Assembly (NCBI GenBank): GCA_030248215.1
Contig: JASANG010000932.1
Span: forward strand, 434,001 to 498,000
Direction: 5' to 3'
DNA: 64,000 bases
Source: Enoplolaimus lenunculus
Taxonomy: Eukaryota
Shown here: positions 61,501 through 64,000 of the stretch, in pieces
How the letters are laid out: each line of letters starts with the position of its first letter
Numbering within the stretch: position 1 is the first letter of the stretch
Notes under the pieces: model-generated
Databases searched by the model: none
Told to the model about the DNA's origin: nothing
Seen by the model: the letters and a program-made list of their open reading frames with translations, nothing else
Made by a program: the position numbers and the translations under genes

Positions 61501-62860
61501 TCCGGTATCCGATTTACAGACTCAGGACACGTTGTTGTGATAGAGCACGCTGTTTGCGTTGTACCAACTCTTAGGTTACAGTTCTGTTTTGTACATCCGA
61601 GCAGATTATATAAATAGGATGATCCATAAACAATGGCTGGGCTTCTGAAAGCCTGCTTAAGTACAATTTTATGCTTATAAGTATTTGCTATGCATTTGTT
61701 TAATCAATTTATTGTTTCTAAAAGTGTACGTAAGTTAAGTAAATACTTGAACAATATTTCAGAAACGCGCTATTCGCTGGGTTTCAAAGACGCAACTGAA
61801 ACTTGAAAAGTCAATATTTTAGTTAGAAAACTTTCGACTTCGACTGTTAACTCAGAGGTTTTCAATTACCCAATCAGAAACGTGTGAAAAAAAAGTCCTA
61901 TTTTTAACCATTCACACTTACAATGACAGCTGTGATTATAGGGGTTTGTAGGATTGCGAAAACTTTCCAAATATAAGCTTTGGATCTAATTTTGCTCTCC
62001 GTTCCTCGGAACGCTTTTACCCCAGCTTGTGTAAATGCTCACATTTTCTACCCAAAAGTATTATAATCAACCAACTCTTAAACTTTTTGATTGGGTATTA
62101 CACAACTCAGCTGCTGTTTACAGGCGACGAATGTGATTGGTTGAATCCGTCGAAGCTTAAATCGCTTCGCGTCCTGCGAACTTTTATCATGGAATCGATG
62201 AGATATGTGCCACCTGTACCGTATGTGGGTCGAAAAGTGACTGAACCGTTTACTGCAGGTAACAAAATAATATCAATCATTTATCATTCACTCTTTAGGT
62301 TGCGCAATGTCCGCGGGGCGCCGCCGGACGCAGCAGCAGGTAAATTTTTTAAATTTTGCCGCACGTTTCCGCATGACGACGCACGCGGCCGGCCACCAAA
62401 ATGAGTTGGTCTATATTTTTGGCCAATGTTACTTTGAGAGTCGTCAAAGCGCATTAAGCGTATGCCTAAGCCTAACCCTAAGTCTAAGCCTAAGCGTAGG
62501 AATGAACATATTCCTAAGCCTAAGCCTAAGCCTAAGCTTAAGCCAAGCAAAAAAATGGTCTAAAGCTAAAGCTTTACTCTATTGCAGTCCTACAGAAAAA
62601 CGTTCCGCCACTGATTTTTAAATGGCCCGAAACTATTCAAGTGAGAATGAGTGAAAATTTAAAACGGATTTCAGCTGATTACGTCATACCGGCCGGATGT
62701 ACAGCAATGATATCGATGTGGTCGATCCATCGTGACCAAGACTACTACGAATATCCTGACAAATTTATACCTGACAGATTCGCTCACGACGATCCTGAAA
62801 ATATGAGCCGACATCCGTACTCATTCGTTCCATTTGCAGCTGGCCCACGAAATTGTATCG
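58596..62860 (+). pseudogene. CYP4-clan cytochrome P450, mirror copy in the right palindrome arm (5'-truncated; last exon expected beyond the window)
   Basis: Exons 58596-58722, 60101-60247, 60787-60889, 62124-62258, 62675-62860. Differs from the left copy at I/V (TARIQ/TARVQ), E/Q (KHEM/KHQM) and P/Q (RDPD/RDQD). Confidence 0.85.
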
Positions 62861-64000
62861 GTAAGAACGAGAAGAACATCACCAGCGCAGCCAATTACAG
62901 ATTACGGGCCTGAGGGGGCGGGGGCGGTTTGTCCTTTGAATGGTATTTTCTTAGCCAATCAGAAATTGGTTCACAAATGAATTCGAAAACGGCATAAATG
63001 ACATTTTGTCGCCAGGACTATCGACCGAGATTCGCATTATAACCGATAATATCATAGACCAGACATTTGCTCGTACGCCATTAGGTTCTGTTAGGCTTAG
63101 GCTTAGGCTTCGACTCAGAATTATATTTTGATGACGTATGATGTCATTGAACGAAGTATATATTCGGTTTAGTGAAGTACTCGTCTATGTAAAACATTAA
63201 CCTTTATGATGCCGTGCAAACACCGCAATTGTCACAGGGGAAATACGCAAATTCTGGCCACAATTTCTGCATAAGAGAAACAAAGATCTAATAATGACTC
63301 CTAATCCGCCTCAGAAAATCCGTAAATGGGCCATAAAGTCCTATATAATGCCGCAGATTGTTAATATTAAACCCTCAACTTGTAATAGCGTTTTGTCGAT
63401 TAAGAATTCTAAAACAGATAGTAAAAATAACAGAAACGGAAAACAGATATTGCAGCGTAATTTCAAAAATGTTTTATTTTTCTGCCAACACAATTGAGGT
63501 ATGAACTGTGCTTTGGATTTGAAGATAAACGAAAATAAATGATTTAAAATCACGCTGAATTAACAAGTTTTACTGTATTGACCCGAATAAGAGGGGTCCC
63601 CATTTTGAGTCCGAATCAATTGGATTCCGTATCCCTAATAAGAGTCCGTAAGCGCATAGAGTCCCTAAACCCTAATTAGAGTCCATAAATATCCATTAAT
63701 CCTAATTGTAGCGCATAAATAAATCCAGGACCAAATAATTTGAGGTCGAACCTTTAAAGCGTACTTAAAATTTGAAAGCACATTCCTAAGTGTAACCTTG
63801 TATAGCTAGAGCTATTGTGACACAAGACAAATAAACGTTTAATTCAAGGGATAATTGCAGTACCGGATATATTCAGTGACGAAGGGGGGCGGAGCTTGGG
63901 TTAAAATAAATAACAGTCCGTAACCGAATAACAATGGGGGTACCCCTTTCGAGAGGCCAAATAAATATCAGTCCCCCCTCTTATTTTCGGGTCACTACAG

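Larger units (their letters stand above)
51674..64000. repeat. Giant inverted duplication: left arm at least 51674-57778, right arm 57952 to beyond 64000, 173-bp spacer
   Basis: Mirror-image ORFs (57351-57683 + and 58047-58379 -; coordinates sum to 115730). The window end gtcactacag is the reverse complement of ctgtagtgac at 51674. Scattered SNPs and indels separate the arms. Confidence 0.97.

Overview
AT-rich, intron-rich invertebrate genomic DNA, most likely a nematode (abundant TTAGGC telomere-type repeats; AMPK-alpha C-terminus of the aak-2 type). Left to right: a complete 6-exon Na+/Ca2+ exchanger (335-8843, +), a complete 16-exon AMPK catalytic alpha subunit (13144-23608, +), and a complete 7-exon RNF41/NRDP1 E3 ligase (31783-35057, +). 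The ~1.4 kb tandem array at ~40.3-49.7 kb looks like satellite DNA but appears to be the body of a micro-exon gene that the ORF track misses (39050-49804, +). Its predicted product is a 163-aa secreted precursor: a signal peptide, then six copies of the 13-mer IPLV(I/M)EGVGTFEV flanked by KR/KKR dibasic sites, all built from phase-1 symmetric 18-nt and 48-nt exons. The right ~12 kb is a giant inverted duplication (centre ~57865). Its hinge is one intact telomere-repeat-bearing MITE, and each arm carries only the 3' part of a CYP4-clan P450 gene. Introns and spacers are dense with non-autonomous DNA transposons, notably two related Merlin-like MITE subfamilies (GG termini, 8-bp TSD) that carry TTAGGC arrays. 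All gene models were spliced by eye; no database searches were run.
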